Part shown: positions 13,532-25,790 of the stretch, piece after piece
Numbering within the stretch: the stretch's first letter is position 1
Layout: every line of letters begins with the position of its first letter
Source of the DNA: Tubiluchus corallicola
Taxonomy: Eukaryota > Animalia > Priapulida
Direction: 5' to 3'
Length of the DNA stretch: 64,000 nt
Assembly: GCA_030141605.1 (NCBI GenBank)
Contig: JAQGDQ010000084.1
Location: forward strand, 558,001 to 622,000
Notes under the pieces: generated by a model
What the model was told of the DNA's origin: nothing
Seen by the model: only the letters and a program-made list of their open reading frames with translations
Database searches by the model: none
Position numbers and translations under genes: made by a program

Positions 13532-13878
13532 ACTAATATTTGTAATGAGAAATACTTTACCTACATTAATTTTATATATACATATACATACATATACACA
13601 TATAACTAATATTTGTAATGAGAAATACTTTACCTATATTCATTTTATGTATACATACATATACACGTATAACTAATATTTGTAATGAGAAATACTTAGT
13701 TTACCTGTATTAATTTTATATATACATATACACATATAACTAATATTTGTAATGAGAAATACTTAGTTTACCTACATTAATTTTATATATGCATATACAC
13801 ATATAACTAATAGTTGTAATGAGAAATACTTACTTTAACTATATTAATTTCGTATGTACATATACATACATATACACT
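13532..13878. repeat. Minisatellite, ~65-73-bp unit, 5 copies
   Basis: ACTAATATTTGTAATGAGAAATACTT...ATATACACATATA repeated. Confidence 0.9.
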
Positions 13879-14300
13879 CAAATTTGTTGATAGCTAGAAA
13901 ACACGATGAGACAACGTAAAGTAATTATAGGTACATGCAGGAATTCAAGTATAGTGTACAGGAATTTAATTGCTTTGCTGTTGATCCCATGGTGAATTTG
14001 ATTCAGGTCTAACTCCAAGGTTAATGTTAGTCTCAAACTCCTGATACCTAAAGCTTATACAGCCTGTGGATTTTTAAAAGCTACTACCGGCACGTGAGGG
14101 TAGGTTTTTTCCCGGACATTAATCATATATATTATAAAATATAAACTGCCTTGTCTGCCCTGGAGCTGTTTGAGCTGATGGAATGGATCTTCCCATTTAT
14201 AATGGTTTGTGCACTGCATGCAGAGAGACAGTTTATTGGTGCTATTTAATGATATAATAATTCCTTCTACGAGCTGATCCCAGATGGGCAGTTTGAATTC

Positions 14301-15026
14301 GTGATGAAACGGTAGGTAGTTCATCTTTATTTGTGGACATCTATAGGTGATGAAATGGTAGGTAGTTCATCTTTATTTGTGGACATCTATACGTGATTAA
14401 ACGGTAGGTAGTTCATCTTTATTTGTGGACATTATACGTGATGAAACGGTAGATACTTCATCTTTATTTGTGGACATCTATAGGTGATGAAATGGTAGGT
14501 AGTTCAACTTTATTTGTGGACATCTATACGTGATTAAACGGTAGGTAGTTCATCTTTATTTGTGGACATTATACGTGATGAAACGGTAGATAGTTCATCT
14601 TTATTTGTGGACATCTATAGGTGATGAAATGGTAGGTAGTTCAACTTTATTTGTGGACATCTCTACGTGATTAAATGGTAGGTAGTTCATATTTATTTGT
14701 GGACATCTATAGGTGATGAAATGGTAGGTAATTCAACTTTATTTGTGGACATCTGTAGGTGATGAAACGGTAGGTAGTTCATCTTTATTTGTGGACATCT
14801 GTAGTTGATGAAACGGTAGGTAGTTCATCTTTATTTGTGGACATCTATAGGTGATGAAACGGTAGGTAGTTCATCTTCATTTGTGGACATCTATAGGTGA
14901 TGAAAAGGTAGGTAGTTCATCTTTATTTGTGGACATCTATAGGTGATGAAACAATCTTTATTTGTGGACATCTGTAGGTGATGAAACGGTAGGTAGTTCA
15001 TCTTTATTTGTGGACATCTATAGGTG
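14301..15026. repeat. Minisatellite, 46-bp unit, ~16 copies
   Basis: Unit GTGATGAAACGGTAGGTAGTTCATCTTTATTTGTGGACATCTATAG. Confidence 0.95.
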
Positions 15027-15574
15027 AATTGCATTTCTATGGTGATCACATTTTGGCAGTTTTTTTTAAATTATTTCCTGTCAATTTTTTTGATGAATGT
15101 CTAATAATTTAAAGTAGAAGAAAAGTGATTTTTGGTTGCCTATCAGCATCAGTTTTTTGTGTTTGTTGCTAGTGGTGTTGCACTAGGTGGAATTGCACTT
15201 GTGTACAGTACACACTGGTTTGGGATTGCGTGTTTTCCTTCGTTAAAATGGCGTTGCACTTTGGAATTTGTCGTCTGGTTTATGCTACGGAATGCGATGT
15301 GCGTATTTGCCCGGCTGAAGAATCTAAATAAAAGAATTTTTATTACTAATGCTTAGTGAACGTTACGTTCAGATGACTGTTACATCAGTTTTGTGTGAAC
15401 TGTTATTGAACTTTCTTAGTTTTAACAAGCTGAATCATTCAGGGCAGTAGAAATGCAAAACTTGCATGATGTATCACTGCTTTACCCGTTAACTTTTATG
15501 TTGGAATATCCAGTTTCACTGAGCCATGAGAGAAGGAGATTTAGCTGAGCTGTCATGTACAGTGTGGGTATTTG

Positions 15575-15628
15575 GTTGAAAAGTTAAGCAATGCCCGATC
15601 TAGTTAGTAAATGGATGGGAAAACCTTC
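15575..15628 (+). mobile_element. Decayed 5S rRNA-derived fragment
   Basis: AAGTTAAGCAATGCCCGATCTAGTTAGTAAATGGATGGGAAAACC resembles the 5S core AAGTTAAGC...GGTTAGTACTTGGATGGGAGACC. Confidence 0.5.
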
Positions 15629-15944
15629 TAGGTTTCATCTCTCTTGCGGACTGTGCTTGTACTAAGTTCAATATATCACTTCACTGGTCGTAAATTCCTG
15701 GTTTCCTTTCTTAATGAACTGGTTTCTATTACTATTAGTAAAATCTGCATTAAAAATATGTTGCTGTCGAGATGCTAGTTGCCAGATTACCGGATGCGTA
15801 AAAAATAATATCAACTTTTGTAAGGGGAAGAAAAAAGAATATTTCAGAGTACTTCCCAAAAAACTTTCCATGCGTAGTTATATTATTTAGCCATACGCTT
15901 ATCTGTTTGAAAGACTTCTGTAATTGGAAAAGATTAGTAATTTA

Positions 15945-16310
15945 AAATGTTCATGCTAGTTGGTGATAAGTCACTAACTCGCCTTCCCAGTGTGCATCAC
16001 TGTTTCACCGAAAAACGTATTGCATTGACAGCATAAAGTAATTTATGCTTTTGCTTCTTAGTGACGTGTGCGCTACAAAAAAGTTGCTCTGATTATTTTT
16101 TCAAACTTTATGCAATGTTATCTAAACTTGTTCCAAACAACTTATTGTTAAAATGGCTGCATCTAACGGTCATCGCGGGAAGTTAAATTTACAAGTTTTA
16201 TAGAGCATTACTGCTAATACAGCCCTGCATGCAATAAGATGGCATGTAAGTGATACAAAATATCAAGACGATTTTTCTAGCTTCACGTAAGAATAGTGTG
16301 TTTTTGTACT
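15945..16310 (-). mobile_element. TTAA MITE family C, partial copy
   Basis: Shares sequence with 24.5-24.9 kb and is the reverse complement of 52.85-53.2 kb and 57.85-58.2 kb. Confidence 0.75.
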
Positions 16311-16436
16311 GCTGACCCAAGCCCTGTACATGGTAAGACAGCATATAAGTGATATGAAACATCAAGAATAATTTTCTAGGCTTGGTTTTATTTCAGTAGA
16401 TATCTAATTTCTAACTGAAATTGTTATCAACCGCAG

Positions 16437-17036
16437 GTGGAGACTCAGGATGGCCGGTCAGCCGACGCCCGAGAACAGGAACGTGTCCAAAAATGGATTG
16501 ACAGTCAGAACTTCATGAACAGAAAAATGGAAATGGACAAGACAATGTCGAGTCCCAAAACTTCGAAGCAGCAGCCCCCAATTGAGGAGGAAACCATTGT
16601 AGTCGAGCACGTGTCTAATAAACGTGGCTTGCAGGCGACCGGGACGGATTTGAATAAACAGTTAGAAGCTGTCGAAAAGAAACTTACCTTGCCAAAGTCG
16701 TTACCACCTGTCAGTGTGACCGTGGATCTTAAACCGCATCCGAAAAGCGACAAGAACTTAAAACCGCTATTTGTAAATACTTCTGATAGGGAAGAATCTC
16801 CGTCGTGGAACGTTTCTCAGACCGTGAAGCTTAGCCCGAAAGCGGGGGCGTCGCCGGTAAAGAGTGCTCCCTCACCGACCGGTTACCGGACGAAGTCATT
16901 ACCGTCCGAGCCCGTGAGGCCAATAGAGGTAACTGTTTCGCTGAGGCCACCGCCGAATGCTGCATCGAAGACAGACTGGAAAAAACCTCAACAACTTAAA
17001 GAGTTTACGTTGTCGAAGGACGAGCTGGAACCGAAG
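16437..17036 (+). CDS. LMO7: Large internal exon (VETQDGR...DELEPK), Pro/Ser/Lys-rich, phase 0 to 0
   Basis: ccgcAG acceptor and AAG|GTGATA donor; GC-richer 600-nt open frame. Confidence 0.9.
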
Positions 17037-17375
17037 GTGATAAAAAATGTTGCATTTTCTTCAAAGTTTCGTTTTGTGAAATGAGTTTTATTTCATGTAA
17101 GGTGCTGTCAACAAATGAGGAAAATATTTGTTCACAATACTTGTCAAATCGAGCATGAATTAGAATATTTTTTATTAACGACAGTGACGGTTTGGTGATA
17201 ATCACAATTTTGGACAAGTTTCTTTTTCGTGGGAATTTATCAAGTATCGTAGCCGAAACTTTCGGAAGCATTCCCCCCCCTGAGGTTTTAGTTTAATTTA
17301 TTCAGCTTACCTTTTTTCTTCCAGATGTTAAAAGTTGTTTAAAAATTTTGGCTAAAATAGTTCAAATAAAGCGTA

Positions 17376-17492
17376 AATATCGTTTATTACACCATTTCTA
17401 ATATTGTTTATTACACCATCTCTAATATTGTTGATTACACCATTTCTAATATCGTTTATTACATCATTTCTAATATCGTTTATTACACCATT
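17376..17492. repeat. 24-bp tandem repeat, ~5 copies
   Basis: Unit AATATCGTTTATTACACCATTTCT. Confidence 0.85.
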
Positions 17493-18002
17493 ATTAAACT
17501 TGTTGCACCATTTCTGGCGTGTTTTTATGGCAATGCGGTATATCTTCAGCTGACGATTGTGAAGCTTTATGGTCTCCAGGCACAATCAACCAAAATATCA
17601 AATCATAATTTGAATAAAATCAAGTTTAATTTTACAATTTATAGAATATAGGCAACAAAAATATTTACCAAAAAAAATTGTCAATTTTTTTAAACTTCAT
17701 GATCTTTTGCTGTAAACATTGTTCTGCTTTTTTTGCTAAGAATTTTCGCCTAGCTACTTCGGTCAAGTTTGTATCAGACCAAATAAAAGCAAAAACAAAG
17801 TATTTTATTTATCTAAGAATTTCTTTTCAGCTTTGATGGCAGTTGGTTTTGAAAGAAATGATTTCCGTTCGGTTTTCATTTCAGTGTCGGTTTCCTATGT
17901 TTCATAAATTTAGGTTTCTGTTTCGGTCACATCCCTGATTAAAGGTTCATTTACAAGTTGTTTATTGTTTGTTATTTACAAGTTGATTACTTTTTTGTAC
18001 AG

Positions 18003-18141
18003 GCTAAAGACAGCAATACTTCCTACGTGGAGAAGCTGATCTCTATCACCCAGCTACCAAATTACGAGCGAGGATTTGGATTTTCCATAAAGGGAGGACG
18101 GGAATTTGATCTTCCCATTGTTGTAGACAGCATTATGCCAG
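18003..18141 (+). CDS. LMO7: PDZ domain, N-terminal half (RGFGFSIKGGREFDLPIVVDSIMP), phase 0 to 1
   Basis: GLGF-type loop; tttgtacAG acceptor and G|GTGAGT donor. Confidence 0.95.
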
Positions 18142-18585
18142 GTGAGTGGATGTTCGTATTTACGACAGACTAATCTGCTTCCAGTAATTGTCATGATTAT
18201 TTGTAAAAACCTGATCCGTTTAGATGCAATTAGATTGTTAAATGCGTTTGCTGATGCGGAATGATTAGTGAGTTCTGAGATTTTTAATAAGCATGAAATA
18301 TCCTTAGCGAATCTCTTGCAAGAATTCCTTTTGATCACCTTTGAGATTACCACCTTTTTTGATTACCACTTTCCCTAAAATAGACGCATGGTAAAACGGG
18401 TGTGCTATCATGTTGATTAGCCATTACACCTTGTCTTTTGTGCTAGTCTTTTTCCTACACCCCCCATAATTCATCTTCTGACTTCTTCTCACTTATACTG
18501 CTCTCCAATTACGTTATTAGTAGGTAATTATTTTTTACTTTTACCCTGTAAAATGTGTATTTTAAGGAGATAAATAAAAATTTTC

Positions 18586-19190
18586 TGTGTCTTGTCTATG
18601 TCTGTGTCTTGTCTATGTCTGTGTCTTGTCTATGTCTGTGTCTTGTCTATGCCTATGTCTGTGTCTTGTCTATGTCTTTGTCTTGTCTGTGTCTTGTCTA
18701 TGTCTGTGGCTTGTCTATGTCTGTGTCTTGTCTATGTCTGTGTCTTGTCTATGTCTGTTTCTTGCCTATGTCTATGTCTGTGTCTTGTCTATGTCTATGT
18801 CTGTGCCTTGTCTATGTCTGTGTCTTGTCTATGTCTGTGCCTTGTCTATGTCTTGTCTGTGTTTTGCCTATGTCTGTGTCTTGTCTATGTCTGTGCCTGT
18901 GTCTTGTCTCTGTCTGTGCCTGTGTCTGTGTTTGTGTCTTGTCTATGTCTGTGCCTGTGTCTATGTCTTGTATCTGTCTGTGCCTGTGTCTATGTCTGTG
19001 CCTGTGTCTGTGCCTGTGTCTGTGTTTGTGTCTTGTATATGTCTGTGCCTGTGTCTATATCTGTGTTTGTGTCTTGTCTATGTCTGTGCCTGTGTCTATC
19101 TCTGTGTTTGTGTCTTGTCTATGTCTGTGTTTGTGTCTTGTCTATGTCTGTGCCTGTGTTTGTGTCTTGTCTATGTCTATGTATATGTCA
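18586..19190. repeat. Degenerate TGTCTA/TGTCTG/TGTCT hexamer-based satellite
   Basis: Read directly; it gives the Cys/Leu/Val pseudo-ORFs in three frames. Confidence 0.95.
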
Positions 19191-20252
19191 TGCTAATGAA
19201 TTGATACATGGTCAATTGTCGTTTTAAGTTTTTCAAGCATTGGATCTAACAATTTGGTAAGTTTTACTGAGTTTTATTTCGAATTTTAAGTGTCAAAAAA
19301 GTTTCAGCAAATCAGGCAAATTTTAGCTATTTCTGTAGAGAAGCTATGTTGCATTTTTTTGAAAGTTTGAGCAAAATCAGATTAGATGTAACACTGTTTT
19401 ATGGAAAAAATAATGTAGTGGTACAAAAATCGAATTAAAAAACTGGTACAAGGATAACCGGACCCGGATGTACTATTTACTTTCTGGTAACTGTAGCTTC
19501 CTGTAGTTTCATCATGACAGGTTTTCCTCTTTGACAGGTGTTAGTATTACTCACAGTGAAGTAATTAATTAACTCGGGGTGAAACAGCTACTTAGCTACA
19601 CTGTTTGGTGTAATTAGTCTGTGTGGAAAAATAGTCTCATACAGACTAATTTTAATGTACACTTCTTGCGTCTTTTCCGGTATTTAATTAGTCTGCGATT
19701 TCCAAAATGGTCTGTATTGTGCTGTGCAGCCCAGATTTGGAACACAAGAAACAGTAGACTGTGCAGACTGGGTGCTGATTTTGTGTCCGCCGTTGTTGCT
19801 TAGCAAGCAAGACAAATGCGCCGTGACTTTTGCCAGTAAGGAAGCAATGTTATGCAATAGATGCAGGCGGCAAAAGGAATATAACTCAATTGTACCCAGT
19901 GTTGCAGGAAATCATAAAGAGTTCTATAGCAAACCGGTTGATGAAGAAACCTCTAGCTCTGAGTCTGCCGTAGAAGATTCTGATAGAAAAGCAAAAGATT
20001 GTTCCTGTTGTTCATTGAAAGTAAACTTCATATTGGAATGAAAAGATCAGACGGAATTAGTCTGTGTGAAAAATTACTCTAACACAGACTAATTTTGATA
20101 GTGCATGTTGAAAAGTTAATAAAATTACCATTGTGTCTTAATTTCGAAATTAAATCTCAATGTTAATTAAACTCAGAGTTTTAATTAATTATTACCTGCT
20201 CAGTCTGTACTGCAGTTCTCTGATGCTTGTGGCATTTTCCCTATTATTTTAG

Positions 20253-20414
20253 ACAGTGCAGCCGGAGGATCGGGACTTTTAGTAGGAGATGAAATTCTTG
20301 CCATAAACGGTGAAGACGTCGGATCTCGTCCAAAGAACGCTGTATCTTTTGCAATACGACAAGCTGTTTTTACCGGTCAGATCGAACTAAAGATTCGCAG
20401 ATATCCTTTGCCAA
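20253..20414 (+). CDS. LMO7: PDZ domain, C-terminal half (DSAAGGSGLLVGDEILAINGEDV...IELKIRR), phase 1 to 1
   Basis: Classic PDZ 'GL.VGDEIL.ING' motif; ttttAG acceptor and GTAAGT donor. Confidence 0.95.
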
Positions 20415-21204
20415 GTAAGTTTTTAATTGGGAATTATTTCTTGCAATTTGTCACATTTAAAATGTTTAATACTTGCTCTTGCGTTACATTATGTAAGATG
20501 GGGTGAGAGGGTTGGGCTTTTTAACTAACCGTTTAAATGTTATTAATTGCGGTCGGTTTAACCGTTTACGATGATGTCATACATTCATTTATTCATTCCT
20601 TGTCTGAGTAAGCAGTGGGGTTCAAATCTAGCATGTGCCAGCGACAATGTCCAAGATGGCAGCATCCTCGTAATGCGAGTGAAAAACCTTTTGCAATTTA
20701 CCATTTAGATGCTTCTTAGACAACCAGATTAATTGAAACAATGTTGTAAATAGTACAATTTTATGCAAGCGGGACATTGCTAACTGTGTACGCCAATTCA
20801 GAAAACATACAAGGTTTCATTAATACGGATACGTAGAAAACTTGACTAAGTAACGGTTAAACAGTTAGCGGTGTGTTAAAAGTTTAAATGGTTGACCGTC
20901 TCACCCTTCATGTAAGGTAAAGTTAATTTTATTTTTTGAAAATATGTCATTTCGGCAATTTAAAAAAGAGATGTTGTTGGAAAAGCTGAATTTTTAAATC
21001 AATAAAACATACTAACTACGATTACTTGAATGAAATTTTTTGCTCCATTTTGGAAAAAAATCTAACAAATAAACTAATAATTTTGCTAAGAAATTCTACT
21101 TATAGTCGTCGTAAACATCAACGTAGCCGTGGTAAGGTGCTTAGGTTTCCTGATACTAAACATGAACTTGAGGTAGAATTCAGAGCATTGCCTTATACTT
21201 CGGT

Positions 21205-21490
21205 ATGAACTTCTGAAACAAATTTAAGGAGTTTATTAACTAATTTCTTTACTGTTTTATATTTTCAATGACAAATTTGATTTTGTTATGGCTTATATGA
21301 TTCATTATGAACTTCTGAAACAAGTTTAAAGAGTTTATTAACTAATTTCTTTACTGTTTCACATTTTCAATGACAAATCTTACTTTATCATGGCTTATAT
21401 GCTTAATTATGAACTACAGAACCAAATTTAAAGAGTTTATTAACTAATTTCTTTACTGTTTTACATTTTCAATGATAAATCAGCCTTTGT
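21205..21490. repeat. ~102-bp tandem repeat, ~3 copies
   Basis: ATGAACTTCTGAAACAAATTTAA.GAGTTTATTAACTAATTTCTTTACTG... repeated. Confidence 0.85.
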
Positions 21491-21570
21491 TATTGGCTTC
21501 ATTTTGCTGAAAATAGATTCTTTGCTAATCAATGCTGCTGCTTCTTTTTAACGTTCTTTTCCGCTTTTAG

Positions 21571-21597
21571 CACAAAGAGAGTCTGCCGACACTGAAG
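21571..21597 (+). CDS. LMO7: 27-nt microexon (TQRESADTE), phase 1 to 1
   Basis: Long pyrimidine tract ending ttttAG; AAG|GTGATT donor; frame-preserving. Confidence 0.65.
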
Positions 21598-21707
21598 GTG
21601 ATTTGTAGTGCTTTCCGTTACAGCTAATTCTGCCATCTAGAAAACATCGTGCATTGCATAATCTGGCAAAGCTTCTCAATCCATCTTCCAGATTATGCAC
21701 TCGTAGA

Positions 21708-22120
21708 TGGGGGCTATTAACCAGTAGGCTAACTAGACTATAGCCTAGGGCAACAAAGTTTGAGGGGCATCACACTTTAGAAAAAATTCTACGAAAGTGT
21801 GTGTACTTTCATATTCAAGTAAAGTGCGCATTTTATAACACACCACAGGCAGTTACTGAGAGCAGCTTTCATATAAGAGCCACATAATGAACAGGTGCAA
21901 GGTATTACACAACAAGCAGTTGAGCAGCTTTCGTGAATATAACAGCTATGCGAATACATGTAATTAATATTTGCCACTTAGAAATTAGGTTTAATAGTGT
22001 CTAATACACCACAAGTAATTGTTTATTCTGCTCATTACATAAACAACCATCAATTCACAATGGAGATGGGCAGGACAGAACTATCAACCTAGGGTGCCAA
22101 AAAGTTTTGAGACGTCCCTG
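21708..22120. mobile_element. Decayed hAT-like MITE
   Basis: Ends in ...GTCCCTG; near-perfect 8-bp TSD CTCGTAGA / CTCGTATA. Confidence 0.5.
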
Positions 22121-22684
22121 CTCGTATATGCATGCATGTTTTTTTATGGCAGAATTAGCCTTGTTTTAAAGTAATGCTTTGTTTACTAACTCTGTGTTGT
22201 CAGATAGCTTGTTCTACTAACAAATGCCTAATGACGTTGTTTTTCATTTTTACTTTTTCCAGTGGAAAACTGACCACATAGTTTAACAGCATGATACCTG
22301 TGCACTATTCTCACCTGTACACAAAGAACGAATTGAGTTAACAGTGTGGTGTCTAGACCTATGTAAAGTGTACACACAAAGAAAGCATTAAGTTAAATTG
22401 CTTACTGTGCACCGTATCTGTTTGGCACAAAGAGCACGTCGGAATGCTTCTGTAACCGTTTAAACATCCGTGAAAATTTCAGCTGGTCTTAAGCTCCGTG
22501 TATCATTCGGTTTAATCTTTCTGTGAAAGATTATGTCTTTACTGTTGTTGTTGTACATTGCATGCCTTCGATAAACCGTTATGTGCTGACCCATTCACCC
22601 CCCCTCCCCCACTTCTAATTATTTGAAATATAAATACCATAGAGAAAGATTAGATTTTTAATTAGAATTTAATGTTTTCTGCAG

Positions 22685-22711
22685 AGCTGAGAGCGAATAT
22701 AAACCGGTTGG
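22685..22711 (+). CDS. LMO7: 27-nt microexon (ELRANINRL in phase 1; also open as AESEYKPVG in phase 2)
   Basis: ttttctgcAG acceptor and G|GTAAGA donor. Confidence 0.65.
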
Positions 22712-22904
22712 GTAAGAATTTTACACAAGTTTCAGCATCACAGTGCATCTTGTATTATTACTTTCACTATTAATGCATATCCTACGCATTGAATTCACAG
22801 AATCAGTCTCGTCTTTATTTGGGATTTTCTCTCCGTCTTGAGCCGATGGATAAAAAGGAATCTTCGATTTGTTGGGATTTCAAACTTTTCAGCATTTGGA
22901 GAGG

Positions 22905-23422
22905 TTAAAGGAAAGGTCAAGCCTTTTGGGAAGTTAGGGTTATTTTATGTTCGGGCAAAATTTTAGAAGGATTTAGTAATAAAAGTGTGATAAGTGTTTT
23001 GTATGATTACTAAAGTCGCAATTATTTCACGCTTAAGCGCTACATTTTGAGTGACCATTTGACATCGTTCATTGGCTGAACAAAAGCAGTGCAATATTGA
23101 GTTTAGTTTTTATAAAACATTAGACATTTAATTTTGTGATATTTTTGCGTGAACATTGAGGAAGTTGCAGAAGTTCAAATTAGTTTAGGCAGCACAAGCT
23201 TACGAAATCCATGAAACGCTTACGAAAAGTCACGAAGTCTCCCAGTTACATCATGATTGTCAAGTGAATGGCGGCGACCACCACGTCTGAAAATTTCTAT
23301 TCAGAGGTAGTTTATTTTAGATTTATGCTTTATAGGCAGTTCTTTGCAAATTTCTTTGTTAAATTTTTCAAAATAAAAGTAAAATAAACCCAACATGCTA
23401 AATGACTTGTCCTTTCCTTTAA
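22905..23422. mobile_element. TTAA MITE family B (Kolobok/T2-like)
   Basis: TTAAAGGAAAGGTCAAG ... CTTGTCCTTTCCTTTAA; inverted copy at 54315-54683. Confidence 0.85.
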
Positions 23423-24260
23423 TTAATAACAAATTACGTGGTTTTTTGTCAATGAAGAATTTTTTAGCCTTTGCATATATCGCTTGTATTTTGTAAATCT
23501 CTGACACTCTTGGGTACCGTTGTCTGGTTTCAAAGCTGCTGTTTCCAAACACTGAATTTGTTTTGCAACATTTGCTACGCATGCGCACGATTACTGCTGC
23601 TAATTGAGAATGAACACTTGGTAAACGATTATACTAGAGGGACTCAATGACTGCAGCTTGCATGAAGTGTCTCACTGAACTTTGACACAACTGTTTTTAG
23701 ATCACTATAGTATAGATCACTATACATTAACTATTTGGCATTGCATGCGTTTAAGAGTAAGGTTTGACAACAATATTGCCAAATGTCTGAAGGGCGAAAA
23801 GGGGAGTTTTAAGGTAGGGAGTTGCATACAAAATTGTATTACTTTACATTTTCTGAAAACAATGTTGTCCGACCGGTCTACAACTTTACATCATGTAGGA
23901 AGCTTTATGTCAATTCATTAGATTTATTTCGCAATAAATATATATATATATATATATATGCATTACATGTGCATCGATAATCAGTTTCTGTTAATACATA
24001 ATTAGGATACAATTCATGAATTCTGCGCTAGAGACCTAAGAAGCTAGCTTATGCTAGGCCACTAGAATTAGTTACGAGAAAAATTACAACATATTGTTAA
24101 TGGTTAGTGTGAGGTACAATGAGCGTTAGTAGTATTAAATTTTCATAATTACGATGTAAACTGATGGTCGGTACAGAGAAATGATAAATGCTTTAACACA
24201 TTCGCTAAGTATTTGTGGAGGGAGGCAACATGCTGTACTAAGCTTTACATGTTCCTATAG

Positions 24261-24392
24261 TGCAAGACTTAAGCAAAAATTGCAGAGATGTACACCAGGT
24301 CCGCTTCACGACGTCGAACCCTCTGATACGAGTGCTGACTCAACTCGCGATGCGGTGACCAACAAACTCAGTTCCATGTAACTTATAATAAA
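24261..24392 (+). CDS. Candidate alternative terminal exon after the PDZ domain, with AATAAA
   Basis: Branch-like TACTAAG and ttcctatAG acceptor; GC-richer exon-like composition; stops at 24356 (phase-1 entry) or 24379 (phase-2 entry); AATAAA at 24387-24392. Confidence 0.5.
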
Positions 24393-24404
24393 TAGTTTTC
24401 ATGA

Positions 24405-24909
24405 AAATCTACTGCTAGTCATATTAGTAAGGGAAAACGGAATTTTGAGTACATCCAAAAGTTCCATTACTCTCACCTGTTTGAAAGACTTATGTAACTG
24501 AATAAGAATTTTTTTAGTTATTCAAATATTCACAGCAACTGGTAAAACGTCACTGGTTCGCCTTCCCAGTGTGCACCACTGGCACACTAAAAAAACACAT
24601 TATTGATCTTATAGACAATGTAAAATAATTTAAACTTTTGCGTACTTAGTGAGGTGTGCGTTACCAATGCTCTGATTATTTTTTCAAACTTTATACAGTT
24701 ATCTAAACTTGTTCCAAACAACTTCTTTCAAATGACTTCCCATTAAAATAGGTGCACCTAGAAGTCATCGCGGGAGATTAAATTTACAAGTTTTATACAG
24801 CGTTACTGCTAGTACAGCCCTACATGCAGTAAGACTGCACGTAAGTGATACAAAATATCAAGACGATTTTCCTAGCTTGATGTAAGAATAGTGATTTTTT
24901 GTACTTTAA
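24405..24909 (-). mobile_element. TTAA MITE family C
   Basis: Ends TGTACTTTAA; reverse complement of the 52849-53526 family. Confidence 0.75.
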
Positions 24910-24959
24910 ATGTACGGATCTTAAATTCGCCTAATCATTGAAGCGTCAAATATTCGAAA

Positions 24960-25646
24960 TTATTCATGATTCCGTGTTTCTACCCGGTATTTCCACCTGT
25001 GCTCCGTTTCGTCAGGTAAATCCGATCTACTGTGTAAGACCTTTAAACTAAACCGCAAAGGATTGTCGATATTTTTCTAAGTCTATCGTTTCATTATCTA
25101 TCGTGTCACCAAAAATAACCCGCCCCACGCTTTTCTATTGCAAATTCCCATTCAAATCTTTATCTGTGATAACCATCTGCTTCGGCATATTAAGCCGCGT
25201 CCCTGAATGGTTGGTGAATCGCGGCTGACCTCTGCCTAGTTTTATGCAGTTAACCCGTCTCAACAAAACCTGCGCATGATTCTCCCCCCCCCCCCCCCAT
25301 TTGCATTCCTTGCTGGATTAAACTACTTGCATTTAGACGCATCGAAGCGCGGCTCCTGGTGTGGACGTGGAGGAGGACGAGGGGGGCAGATACACCAGTG
25401 TCTAACACCCTAGTTCTTCTTTCTCGTATTTCTAATCGAATAAACGTCATTGCTATAGCAGAGATGTGTATTTTATATTTCATGATTTCTGGGTTTGAAT
25501 TGATTCTCGCATTTGCCGTTTTTCTGGAATGTAAGGTGACGTAGAACTGTCGATTTTACAACCCCCCCTCTCCTTTCTGGACCACAGCGGAGTTTTGCGT
25601 GATCACAGGTGAATCGTCACACGTAAGTTGACCCGAGGGTTGCGGG
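24960..25646 (+). promoter_or_regulatory. Candidate internal promoter / alternative first exon region
   Basis: CpG-richer non-repetitive sequence with a GC box (CCCGCCCC, ~25119), a poly-C tract and a strong downstream donor GTAAGT at 25793. Confidence 0.45.
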
Positions 25647-25790
25647 ATGCTGCTTTGCCAACAGATTAAACTTTCAGAAATTCCAAGGTTGTTCTTATTG
25701 ATTTTCTGCTGCCTGCCTGTGTACGTATGCCTCCAGTGCCTTGAGGAGGAAGCAGATAAGAGTAAAAGTAGTTTCGAATCGGACGAGTAG
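25647..25790 (+). CDS. Small ORF, 47 aa: MLLCQQIKLSEIPRLFLLIFCCLPVYVCLQCLEEEADKSKSSFESDE (putative membrane micropeptide or uORF)
   Basis: ATG with G at -3; a hydrophobic Cys-rich stretch then an acidic tail; stop codon 2 nt before a GTAAGT donor. Confidence 0.45.
   Translation: MLLCQQIKLSEIPRLFLLIFCCLPVYVCLQCLEEEADKSKSSFESDE

Noticed and set aside
14301-15026. CRISPR-like regular array (also 26.0, 27.1, 41.7 and 48.1 kb)
   Set aside because: Units are head-to-tail with no unique spacers, there are no cas genes, and the context is eukaryotic.
18555-19227. Cys/Leu/Val-rich ORFs resembling keratin-associated proteins or metallothionein
   Set aside because: Simple TGTC-based repeat that is open in all frames.
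19724-20041. 105-aa ORF between the two PDZ exons
   Set aside because: Inclusion would split the PDZ fold. It lies between two copies of an AATTAGTCTGTGTG...CAGACTAATT inverted motif, which suggests a transposon remnant.
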